This document shows positions 25,001-37,900 of a stretch of 64,000 nt of DNA, in pieces (positions within the stretch are counted from its first letter, which is position 1; each line of letters opens with the position of its first letter). Below the pieces are notes generated by a model. That model made no database searches. It was given only the letters and a program-made list of their open reading frames with translations, and was not told the DNA's origin. This DNA comes from Octopus sinensis (Eukaryota). The stretch covers positions 165,540,001-165,604,000 of the forward strand of contig NC_042997.1 of assembly GCF_006345805.1 (NCBI RefSeq). Reading direction: 5' to 3'. A program made the translations under genes and the position numbers.

Positions 25001-28000
25001 AGGATTAACTTAAATTTAATTAAAATTTTAGAAAATACAATTTTTATATTTTTAAAGTGATTTTTATTAATAGCCATTTTCAATTCAGACACCAAAGTCG
25101 TATATATATCATCTTCAATATCAAAAGAATGAACTATATTTTAATATAGTTGTTCTTTTAAATGTATTCCATGTTTTAATTTTTCTTTTTTCTTTTTCTT
25201 TTAGAGCTCTTGGATTTGGTGCAACAAGAGGTCGACTATATATAAAGCATCCAGAATTATTCAAAGTAAGTTCTCTTTGGTTCGTTCTATATTCATTGAT
25301 TTGTTCCTTTTACTTAATTGTCTTCTACTCTTGAAGTTGTTGTTTTGTTGAAAGATGGCATTTCTACCAAGACTGTTTTAGAGGAGTGATTTTGCATTGG
25401 CCCCTCCCAATGCAAGACTTTGACTGAATACAGAGTTAAAGTCTTGCCATGTGGTTGGAAGAGGCCAATGGGAAATCACTACACTAAAATAATCCTGAAA
25501 TTGGTAGGATTGGCAGAAATGCTAACCAAACCAATGAGGCAACCTGTGGTTGCTCATTCTGATTGTAATACCAAACAGATTTCCCTCAAATCATATCCTC
25601 ACATCTTAAAAACAGTAAGACATATTGAATACACTATACCTAACAATAAAAAAGAATGGATAGTCATGGCTGGAAAACTCTTAACTATGAATTTGCTCAT
25701 CAGAGTGGACTTGGTACTAAACAATTATAAACTAACAAAATACTCAACTCATATGAAATAGTCCTGTTGGTGACTTCAGTGAGATATCCAAATTTTGGTG
25801 TGTTAGCCATGGACACATTATAGTACTAGAATATGCATACATAAATTTGTGTTTTGTGTAAGAAAAATTGCTTTTTCTCACATATCGTTTGTTCATTTAT
25901 TTGGTTTTACATCCATTTTTCCATGCTAGTATAAGTTAGTGGACTACACATTGTTGAAGCATTGTTTTACAGCTGGATGCTCTATCTGCTGTTAATCTTT
26001 GTCTGTTTTTCTCAAGCAAGGGAATATTTCATTTTCCATGTCTTTGAAAGCACCAAACTACCAGACAATTTGTTGATGGGGAAATGGTAACAGAGAACAC
26101 TGACCATAACTCATAGAAATGTAGAATGTAAACATTCTTAGATATGTGCACGCATGTACTTACACATAGGCGCAGGAGTGGCTGTATGGTTGGTAGCTTG
26201 CTTACCAACCACATGGTTCTGGGTTCATTCCCACTGTGTGGCACCTTGGACAAGTGTCTTTTACTATAGCCTCGGGCTGACCAAAGCCTTGTGAGTGGAT
26301 TTGGTAGACGGAAACTGAAAGAAGCCCGTCGTATATATGTGTGTATATATATATATGTATGTGTGTGTATATGTTTGTGTGTCTGTGTTTGTCCCCCCCA
26401 ACATCGCTTGACAACCGATGCTGGTGTGTTTACGTCCCCATAACTTAGCGGTTCGGCAAAAGAGACTGATAGAATAAGTACCAGGCTTACAAAGAATAAG
26501 TCCTGGGGTCGATTTGCTCGACTAAATGCAGTGCTTCAGCATGGCCACAGTCAAATGACGGAAACAAGTAAAAGTGTAAAGAGTAAGAGTATATAAATAC
26601 TGTGTGTGTGTATCCCGCTCAGTTGCACGGTCTTGTCTTGTGGCTATTTGATGATTTCACTAGTTCTGGTGCCACAAAAAAACAGTACTCAGCATCCAAT
26701 ACCCTCTATGAAGTGGTTGGCATTAGGAAGGGCATGCCAGAGAGAACATTGATCGTAGCAGGTGGAGAAGGATTGTGCATGAGGGGACAGCCACTTTTGA
26801 GAAATCTCGAGTTGCACATGAGAAAGTAAGGAGGGATGTCAGGAAGGGCATCACTGTTGCACTTCCTGAAGGGAAGGGTCTTCCTTTGTTGCTGACATGC
26901 AATGTCTGTGCAAGACCCTGCCTCAGTAAAGCTGGACTCAAGAGTCATCTTCGTAGTCATAAAATAAGACAGATGAATGACAACCTGGCCACTGGTGGTG
27001 GTGTAACACACCATGCTAATCATATCTGTCGGGCATGTGGAAGAGAGTGTAATTCGGCAGGAGGACTTAAATGACGTGCAAAGGTACATGAAGCCCAGTT
27101 ACAACTACAGCCGGCTATTACCAGTAAAGGTTTTAGGTGCCAATTTTGTACAAGACATTGTAGATCTTTAGCTGGGCTAAAAAGTCACATTCGATCACAG
27201 CACCAGTAACAGTTAAGCTTTATGCAATGGCCATACTCGATAACGAGGGGGCAGCCATAATATATGTACTAAATTTACCCACAAGGCATTGGTTGAAATA
27301 GTAGAAGTCATTTGTAGAAGTTAACTCACATCTTTTCCCACTGTTTACTTGGGGAAAATTCATGTTACTGAAACATCAGTATAAACCGCAAATACACAAA
27401 TGAGTACATATCATTTGTGTCAGATACGAAAGGACAGAATCTCAAACCCATTTGAGAGTCTCTCTGAAGTGAGGAAGTTATCAGAACAGTAACCTGATGT
27501 GAAGGCACCATCTTAGGACCAAGGTGGTGGTGTGTAGCAGATTAAATCTGCTACTATCTCCCAAATTTTATTCACAAGGCTTTGGTTAGCTCAAAGCTAC
27601 AGTGAGAGACAGTTAGTCCAAGTGCTGCACTATGAGATCAACACTCAAATTTATGTGTAGTGAAGTGAACTTCTTAAGTATACAGTCATGCCTGCTCCCA
27701 TTAAATAGATAATAGATAAATATTGTCTGCTTACTAAAGAAGACTTTATCTGAAACAGATTAAAATTACAGATATAAAAGTTCAGATGTAACAACTCAAA
27801 AACCCTGCTTAATATTTTGATGAGACAATCATTTATGCCTTCTTTGAATAACTGGTTGTAAGTATTTACAGGGTGTTCAGGCTAAATTTGACAGTTTGTC
27901 TAAAAAGAAACACAGTATCCCATCCAAAAATACAAATATTTTAGAATATTAAAAAAAATATCAAATAGATTATAGCTGAGAGATAACGGTTTACTCAAAG

Positions 28001-31000
28001 TAGCCACTCTCAACTTCCACCATGGCTTGAAGATGGCTCTGGAACCTGATACATGTTCTTCACTGTGTCCTTGGGAAGATCTTCGAATACCTCCTTGATC
28101 TTAAACACCAGCTCAGCTTTGATGTTGCAGGCAGAGCAGTTGATATCTTTATCAATGCACCCCATACATTGTAATCAATGGAATTACAATATAGGGAATT
28201 AGGAGGCCAGAAATTGGGGTAAGGCAGTGAGCTGGCAGAAATGTTAGCACGCCGGGCAAAATGCTTAACGGTATTTTGTCTGCTGTTACGTTCTGAGTTC
28301 AAATTCTGCCGAGGTCAACTTCGCCTTTCATCTTTTTGGGGTCGATTAAATAAGCACTGGGGTCAATGTAATTGACTTAATACCTTTGTCTGTCCTTGTT
28401 TGTCCCCTCTGTGTGTAGCTCCTTGTGAGCAGTAAAGAAATGATAAATATGGGGCTGATTAAGTTGTAGAAATTCTGACAACTACAGCTGACTCTTTCTG
28501 GCAGTATGGCTAGAAGCCAAATCATTGCTCCTACGCATATGGCCTTCCAGCAGCAACACTGTCCTGCTAGAGATTGACCACGTAGTTACCTGAATTAAGC
28601 CTAAGGCTTTGTTTAAAGATGTGGGGATGAATTCTGGTGTGCGGACATAGTTGGAATACCTGGGTTGTCTCTTCCTGCTGGTTACAGCTTTATAGTCTCC
28701 ATTGCAACTGTCCATATCATGTCTTACAGCTTTTACAGTGTTCACAAAGCACTAAGCAGCAGTGATGATGACATCACTTACCCAGTGCAAATCGTCATGA
28801 TACAGGTAACTTTTTAACTGTATTCAGATGGTTTATAAGTCCAACATGGCAGCTATTTTTCTCAACTATAATTTTAATCTTTATGTTCTCCAACATTGCT
28901 GACTGTTCCTGAAAAAGGGTTGTCATAAAAATCATCAAATTTAGTCTGAACATTCTTTATTATAATTTTTATGTAAATGTATTCATTTTTATATGAAATA
29001 CATGTGTATGTAAATCTGTATTCTTTACAGTACTCTGGAGACCAAGATGATAAACAGTGGTTATTTGATAACCACCATATGCCTGCTATCGGAGGAAAAG
29101 CCTATATATTGTTATATAATGACATCGAAAACCTTGCTAATACTGATGAATATCGGTAAGTTGAGATGCTTTATTTAAAGTTAAAATAACAAGCATTGTG
29201 TATCATAAATATAAATAATACCTTGAATAATTTAAAATTTTCTTTTGACAATTTTATTCTTTATTCTTTTATGTTTTGGTTTTGATATAATGTACTTTCT
29301 TTATGCTTTATTCCCTGTAACTTTATTATTTCTTTTTATTTCAGTAACTATTTGGCAATTTGGCACTTCCTACTTTAGATATTAGAATGTATTGTTATAT
29401 ATTATAACATAATAGCTTATTGTATAGTAGCTTTTTTTAATTACTGTTCCAATTTTTATTATTTGATTGTACTAGTAATTTATTAATATTGTCATTCAAT
29501 TTTCATAATGGCTTAGTAATTATTATGAGTGTAATATCATCATTATCATTGTACACCCATCTTCCTAGCATGAGCTGGTTATGTTTCACATCTCATCACC
29601 CCCACTCCTTTGTCATCTGGTACACATGACAACAAAGAAAACCTAACCAACTGTATTGCTGTGTATCTCATTATTTTTAGCATGATTTTTATGGCTGGTT
29701 GCACTTCCTATCAACAGCCACTTTACAATGTAGGCATATTAGTAATTGTAATTAAATCAAAAAACTAATAATTATATAATTATGATGAGATAAGAGACTT
29801 TTTGCTCCTTTATTCTTAAGTTAGTAATTTCAAAAATAAAATATATTTCTGCCACTTTGCCAAATTAAACTATATTTTTAACTTTAATTATTTATTGTTC
29901 TAAAATATTAAAGTTTTTTTAGGGTTTTTTGTTTTGTGGACTTTTTGTTTTTGTTTGTTTTTTTTGACACATTAATTTCAAGCTTTTGTCTTGATGTTTT
30001 AGTTCTTTATGTCATATGAAAGAACTATATACTGACATTGTAAGACACCAAGCTACCAATATTCACCAAGCCCCCTCGCCCCACTTACCTCTTTCTACTG
30101 TTGAAGTGTTTAGTAACACTTGTCAGCATTGATCAAGCATATGCTGTACAGCATTGAAAAATTGTGTCACCATTATAATTTGGACATCCTAGCTTTTGCA
30201 CTGTCAGTTAACACTTAAACATATGTCCAGAGTATACTATAGTGCCAGAGGCAAGAAAGAAAGCCATGTCAACAGAAACAATGCTTTATTTATTCAGCTA
30301 GTGTGACTCATTACTTATCTTGACAGAATATACAAAGTTTTGTTTGAAATTTAAAACGATTAGTTGATGTATTTGGTTTGCTTCTCTTAAAAACACTAAA
30401 AATATTGGTGAGATGAATTTAACTTGACTTTTGTTTTTTTTGTTTTTTTTCTATTTTCTATATTTGAAGCAAGTCTGTTGCTTTGTGCTTCGTCTGAATT
30501 TGAATGACATCAAAACAATTTGACTAATGTCAAATTTTCTATTCTACAGGGAAAATCCCAATGTGATACTCACTGAATTGGTGCTTTTCAAGGTTCCTCT
30601 TTGGATGTTAGAAAAGATGAAAATACAAATGAATGCTTTACGTACAGATCTTCCTAAAACCAAAACTCCAAGCATAAACAATATACATTCCAACGATACA
30701 ATTATTTCATTGACTAAAGAAGTACAACCAGCAGTCGTTCAGGTAAATTACTAAACTCCTTTATCTAAGACAATCTAAACTATATTTACTGCATAAGCAG
30801 TAACCTAACATTAATAATTACGTTCTTAACTCATCTCCCAATTATGAGTGTTTACAGAGGTTACTGCAACAAAACTTTTCCTTAATCATTACAAGCTAGG
30901 TTGAAAACAAGTTGGAAAATGAATGTATCATAGATTCTGAAGAATGACAGTAAGGAAACTGAAAGAGACTTTGGCCAGACATAAGTAGTTGATGCACATG

Positions 31001-33746
31001 ACAAGAAGGGGTAGGAGATAAAAGCTTATAATATAGAGAGCATTTAGGAGGCACTCAGCTGCAGACTACTGACCAGACTTGTGACTGGTGCAAAGTTTTT
31101 GCCAGACAAAATGTGACATGGTAGTGGAATAGTACAGGAGATAAAGTCATAGAAGCTGAAAGGAAAGTAGGAACAAGGAACAATATCAAATAGAAGAGAA
31201 GCTAGATGTCAGGTGTATGTACCACAAGTAAACCCAACAGAACAACCATATATTTAAAGTTGACAGTTATACACTCAAATGTGTAATTAAGATATGATGA
31301 CATGAAAAGCAGCTGGACCATCAGGGATGGTTGCTGAAATGGTGAAAATACCCAATAATAATGTTAGTCAGTAAGATAATATAAAGACATGTCATATCCA
31401 GTGACTGATGTAACAGTATCATCAATACCTGCTACAAAGGCAAAGAAGACATTCTAGAAAGAAGCCACAACAGAAGCATCAAACTGACGGACCACGTTAA
31501 GAAAATAACGGAAATAGTTATGATTAGTAAAAGAGGCAGATTAGATAAGATGTAATTCAGGTTTGTGACAGAATAGGGTACTACTAATGCACTCTTCATA
31601 ATGAAACAACTTCAGAAGTTCTTAGCTTTAGAGCAAGCAACTTCATCCAGCATTCATTTACCTGGAGAAGGTTTTGACAGGCTACCACACTCTGTAGTCT
31701 GTCTTGTGGTTGCTAAGAAAACTAGTTGATGAATGGCTTGTATGAACTGTGCAAGACATATACAGAGATGCCAACAATGAGTTCAGTGAGGAGTTTAGCT
31801 TGAAGGTAGGTGTCCATCAGGATTTGGTTCTTAGCCTCCTACTATTTACTATAGTTCTCCAGGTTATAACAGAGGTGTTTAAGACTTCACATCAATCAGA
31901 ACTCCTGTATGTTGATGAACTGTTTCTTATAGTTGAATTTGCTGAAGATTTAGAGAAAAAAATTTCAAATATAGAAGCAATAACTAGAACCAAGAAGCCT
32001 CAAAGTAATCATCATCATCATCATTTAATGTCCGCTTTCCAGGCTGGCATGGCTTGGATGGTTTGACTGAAAACTAGTAAGCCAAGGGGCTGCACCAGAT
32101 TCCAATCTGATTTAGCAAAGTTTCTTTGGTTGGATGCCCTTCCTACTGCCAACCACTCCGAGAATGTAGTGGGTGTTTTTTATGTGCCACCAGCACAGGT
32201 GCCATTGATCTGACACCGGCATTGGCCATGACTACAGTCTCACTTGGCTTGACAGATCTACACAAACACAGTATATCGCCAAAGGTCTTGGTCTTCTGTC
32301 ATTGCCTCCATGAGGCTCAACACTCAAGCAGTGCTTTTTACATGCAACCAGCATGGATGCCAGTCAGATGGCACAGGCATCAGTCACAACTACAATTTCA
32401 TTTGGTTCAACAAGTCTTCACAAGCACAGCATATTGCCCAACAATTGAAGAGTGCTTTTAACAAGCTAGTTATGCAACACTGGCATTAGTTGCAACTACA
32501 CCTGGCAAAAACAAAAGTTTTAATTAGCAGGAAAAAAAAACAACTTAATTCCCATCTGAGAAGGGCCGTACTCAATATGCATAGAAAAAAGTAGGTAGGT
32601 ATTCTATAAAGTGTATCCTGTGTAAACTATAAACATACAAAAATGTATAGTAATGTCATAGACAGTTTGATGGAGAAGATAAACTTTGACTAGATTTGAT
32701 GTAAGGAGTAAGCTGTAAGAGCAGCTATGAAATATATTCTTTTAAATTCTTATAAGATTCTTTAGAAGTAGTTGATAGACTTTGTTACCTAAGTAACCTT
32801 AATAAGTTGCCCTGGGTGTTCTGAAAACATTGTAGTCACAGTGAGAATTGGGTAGAAAACACTATTATGTGCCAGTAAGAAAGGTTTCTCACACCTGGTG
32901 AAGAGCAGATTGTATGATGCCTGGGAATGAATGTGATATTGCTTTGTAGCAAAACATATGCATTGAGTACAGAGTATGTGTGAAAGCTGGAAAGAGATGA
33001 GGTAAGCATGCTCTGCTGGTCATGCAATGTTAGCATGCATGAGTGGCAAAGCACAAATGAGCTGAGAGAAAATCTGGGTATAAGAGGAATTAGATTAGAG
33101 AGAAGACTAAGGTAGTACAAATATGTGATGCATATGAACAGTGACTGTGGAGATGAATTGCTTATGTGAGCTATGCAAGTCATATACAGTAATGCCAACA
33201 AAAAGGAGTACCAAATAATTCAGATGAAATGAAACTTCAGAAGAGAAAGGCATGGTAATGAAAGCTGATCTCGAGTAACTCACAAAAGAAATTCTAGAGT
33301 ATCCCTATCACTCATCCTACAATCACACACTCCTCTTACCACTATCATCAATGCCTCTATCACTCATGCTTCTGTATAAAAATACAGGTAAGCAAGCAGA
33401 GGCATGGAGTTGTGAGGTCCCTTTAGCTGTGTTGAGGACATAACTACTTCTCTAGTGCTGGCACTGCAAAAAAAACACACTCCGAATACTTTGTAAAATT
33501 ATTGGTGTTAGGAAGGGTATCCAGTCGTAGAAATCAAGTGATGAATGAGGCACAAAGCAAGATGGGGGTCTTCCTATCCACCTTAAATGAGTAGTACCCC
33601 TGAATATAAGCTAACCCTAAACCAGGGTGGCTTGTCCAGAAAATAGAAGGTAGATGAAAAACAGTGGCACTGAAAATGGTGGGGAAATTTATGCACATTC
33701 TGTAATTATATGTAAAACAGATTCATACCACAAGGTAAATGAGTAT

Positions 33747-33803
<57 letters not shown>

Positions 33804-34885
33804 CTCACTCTCTCTCTCTCTCTCTCACTCACTCACTCACCTGAGTGTTGCCTGTTTTATTCATTTGTTTTTTTACTGTTTAACTTCTTTAACCTTCAGT
33901 ATAATTCAAAAAAGAAAATGTTGCTTAGCACTTACTAAGGTCATTTGTTCCTTTGTTTTAAATAATACAATTTCCATTGCAAATATCATGTTGTTTGAGT
34001 TCAGACAATTACCATGTAGGTACCTTCTATTTTCGCATCATGAGAAAATGAAACTTAGCAGAAATTACTTATTGAAAATGAACATCTCTTTAGTAAACTT
34101 GTTTTTTATTTATTTATTTTTTATACTGATATTCCTAAGTAATACTACTGCAATTAGTACAACTTAACTATCTTGATTTAATTAATCCTCTTACATTTGT
34201 AAATTCAATAAACTAGATACCTAAAGCTGCTGGTAGAGGCATAATATTTCAGTATTGACAATTATTAAGGAATTTAATGTTTGCATGTCTTTATAGGTTG
34301 CTGAGCTAGATAAATAATGAACAAGTAGAGAAGATACATAACTTCTGGTTTAGATTGTTAAATCAGTATAGAAGAAAGGTAACTCAATACCATACTATAA
34401 TTAACATAAGCTAGCAAAGAAGCTTTTATGATGTTACTAAACCTGCTAGAAATAGCAGTTAAATTTCTCTCTACCATCTTAAATAAGGGAATCTCACAAG
34501 AAGAAAGTCCTAGAAATATCCCTTGAAAAAATGGAGTGTTTATGGCTGGAATGCCTCTATTCATACCTTTCTTTGATGGGAGTTGACTTAGGGCTAAGCA
34601 GCATCAACTTTGACATCTAAAACTGATATATTCAGCGACTGGAGTTTTAGACTACATCATTATCATCATCATCATCATCTTAATGTCCAGTTTTCCTTCT
34701 CTGCATGCATCAGATGGGGTTTATTGAGACAGATTTTCTACAGCCAGGTCTCCTTGTTGCCAACTTCTGTTTTGAAGCAAGACATGTTTATGCAGAATAT
34801 TGGATGAATAACATGCATTTACAAAAAATTCTGCAATGTCAAGACAAAGAATCAAACACACGTACACACACTCTCTCTTTCTCTC

Positions 34886-34918
<33 letters not shown>

Positions 34919-37900
34919 ACAAGCTTCTTTCATCTTCCATCTATCAAATCTAAGTCATGGCTTTAGTTGGTTTGGAGCCAACTGAAGTAGAAGACACTTG
35001 CCCAAGATGGGTATCCTTATTCACAGATTTGCTTAATGATGACGTTTTCCTAGGTTCATTCAGTAAGTAATGGATCATTATAGAAGTTTCATTACTGTGA
35101 TAAAGTAATTACACTTTAATGGAAAAAAATTCATTAAAGGTAAATTGTTTCAATTAAATGCTATTAACTAGGTATTAAAGAACAGTAAAAAATTTGATTA
35201 AAGTTATACTGATGTTAGTGAAGGCATGTGGCCTAGTGATTAGGGTGCTATACTTACAACCATAAGATTGTGGTTTCAATTCCTGTGCCAGGCATGTATT
35301 GTGTTGTTGTCCAAAACATTTCATTTCACATTACTCCTGTTTACTCAGCTATAAACCAGTCCCAGCAATAGCTAGGAAGTTAATATTGTGATGGGACCAG
35401 CTTACCATTCAGTGGGACTCTTATGACCTCAGTCACTTGTACACAATGGATATCAAATTTTAAAAAAAATTTTGGTCTTATGAGTCTAGGGCTTATACAG
35501 ACTAGATTTGCAAACTAGACAAGTTACACCAGTAATTCAGGAAAATAATTATTTAAATATAAAAATAAACATACACAAGTATCTAAAATGAAGCACTTCA
35601 GTCTTTTTTCTTTGTCTTTTAGAGCATGTTTAGTATTGGCTTTAAGTTTACTAAAGAAATCTTGTGAAAAACAACTGTGCTTCCATACTTTTGAAAATTG
35701 CAATCAGTAATACCTGTCCCATCCCTCAGAAAATGTACACACACACATCTTTTTGAGTAAAGATCCTATGCACTTTTCTAGTCATTTAAGATCTGCAATA
35801 GTGGTTAGGTTATGCTTCACTGATAACGTCTAATGAGACCGACAGATGTCTAATATTGTCATAGCACTGCTAAAGATCAGACTCACTCCACTCTGCATTC
35901 CATATTTAATTAATTTTGATTATTTGAAATCTCATTTTTAAAAAATATAAAAATTAGTCTTTTAGATTATGATTGTTCTCATCACCAAGGGTACCATTTT
36001 TATTGATTAATTTTTTTTAGTTTATGACAACAAAGATGCTAGCCTCCACTTTACTACAATATTTGCTCTACTTGCTGATAAAGGAGAAAAAAACTTAGTT
36101 ATCAACTAAGATTGTTTTTCTTTTAATACATAGATTAACATACTTTGTTTAATATTCCAATCATTAAATATAGGTTCACTTAAATAACTCTCTGCATTTA
36201 CTCTAGAAATGTTTAAGCAGATTTTATATTGAGAAGCAAAGTAAAGTAAAATTATTCATTCTTTGCTGCATTTGTCCATTTGATTATTCCATGTAATTGT
36301 AAAGAAACCATCATGATTCAGTTTCTACTACGAAGTCTCTTCTATATTATAGTCCTCCAGTTCCACTGAAGTCCTCGCAAGCAAACTTCCATTTACAAGA
36401 TTTTTATATGATGATAGCATTAAGCCTGTTTGTGAGGTAAATTTACTTATATCTTTGTGTAAAAATGTGATTTGAAGCATTTTTGATGTACTTGTGTTGA
36501 AAGCTTCATAATGCTCTCAATGTTTTACAAAAATTATATTTCTCTTGGCATTTCTATTGTATATAAATCACATTTTGTCGGTCTTGGAGGGACTGCAAAA
36601 GTTACAGATTCAGCCTATCCTCATTAGTAATAAAAAAAAAAAGGGACTTGAATTGGTCAAACTAAAATAATGTGCTTGTTGCTGGCATTTCATTCAACAT
36701 CGGAGAGTTACATATTATATGAGAAAATAGTTCTTAAAAGATAAAGCTAGAAGTTTGTTTGAATTGTTTTTGTTCTTTAAGCAGTTTATTAAATTGTTAA
36801 ACATCGCAGAGATGGCCTGCTTGAAATAATGGGTTAGGACCTAAACTAGTTCAATGTTTTACTGCCGTGAGTTCAAGCCTCACAAGATGACTTTGTGCAA
36901 CACGATACCTCATGCAAAGAAACATTTCGGTGTTGCATTGTTGAGAGAAAAATGGTGAAAGTAGCAGTAAAGGTATTATTGTTGGCCATGCAAACAAAGC
37001 AAAAAACAAAGGTTTTAAATTTTTGAAAGTGGGTCTGTGATTGTTTTTCTATTTCAAATTGTTTTACAAATGTAAAACATTTACTAGTGTTTATATATGA
37101 AACTGCTGTGGGGTCATGACATAGACATTGAACGTGTATGTACATGCTTTGGTATGTATATGTATATGCATATATACATATATATTGGGTCATCCCATAA
37201 ATAATGCGGATTTTTTTTTTTGAATTGCATGACTACCATTGGTTTCGTAGTTTACAGAATCATTTGGGGGACATAACTTTCGCAAGCCAGGAGGAGGTGG
37301 AAACTGATATTTCAGAGTTCATCGCTTTGAAACCAAAAGAGTTTTACATTGATAGGATTAAAAAGTTTGTAGATAGATGGAAGGAAGTCATAGATAATCA
37401 GGGAAAGTACATTGATGATTAAATTTCAATTAAGTATAACATTTGTTCACTTGTTTTCTTTATTCAAAATTCGGACAGAAACTTATGGGATGACCTAGTA
37501 GTTGAGACTGAATATAATGAAACTGAGGCTGACAATGACAAATTTGAGATTACCATTTTGACATTGATGTGATTGAGGGTGATAACGTAGAATTTGAAAG
37601 GTAACTCTGTATATTACGTAAAAGAGGCATATTCTACCAAACATTTGAGAATCAATTATTACTACACAACTACACAAAATTCTGTATTGTTATATAATTG
37701 TGTTAATTGTAAAATGATAATTATGATGTGTAATTGAATGGTTTATAATATCTTCGTTATCAACAGTTTCATTTTAGCATTTGTTATTATTGCTAAACTA
37801 GCACTTGATTAGCAGACCAAGGGTTAGAATATTCCAACCTGATTTATATCCAGCGCTATATCTTCCAGTGTGTACTTCCTTTTAGTTATGATTTGAGAGA

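Noticed and set aside
26169-26245. tRNA genes at SINE heads (also 55548, 6638, 20612)
   Set aside because: A/B boxes are present but there is no complete cloverleaf, and each continues into a SINE body.
27072-27074. Selenocysteine or programmed read-through at the TGA in the zinc-finger tail
   Set aside because: No SECIS seen; a CGA-to-TGA decay in a dead TE is simpler.
34315-34372. Rescue of the 82-nt exon by A-to-I editing of its stops
   Set aside because: There are several in-frame stops and the exon length is 3n+1, so editing cannot restore the downstream frame.
37501-37598. Additional DNTTIP1 exon after the mariner
   Set aside because: No in-phase acceptor and an internal frameshift is needed; kept only as a low-interest note.
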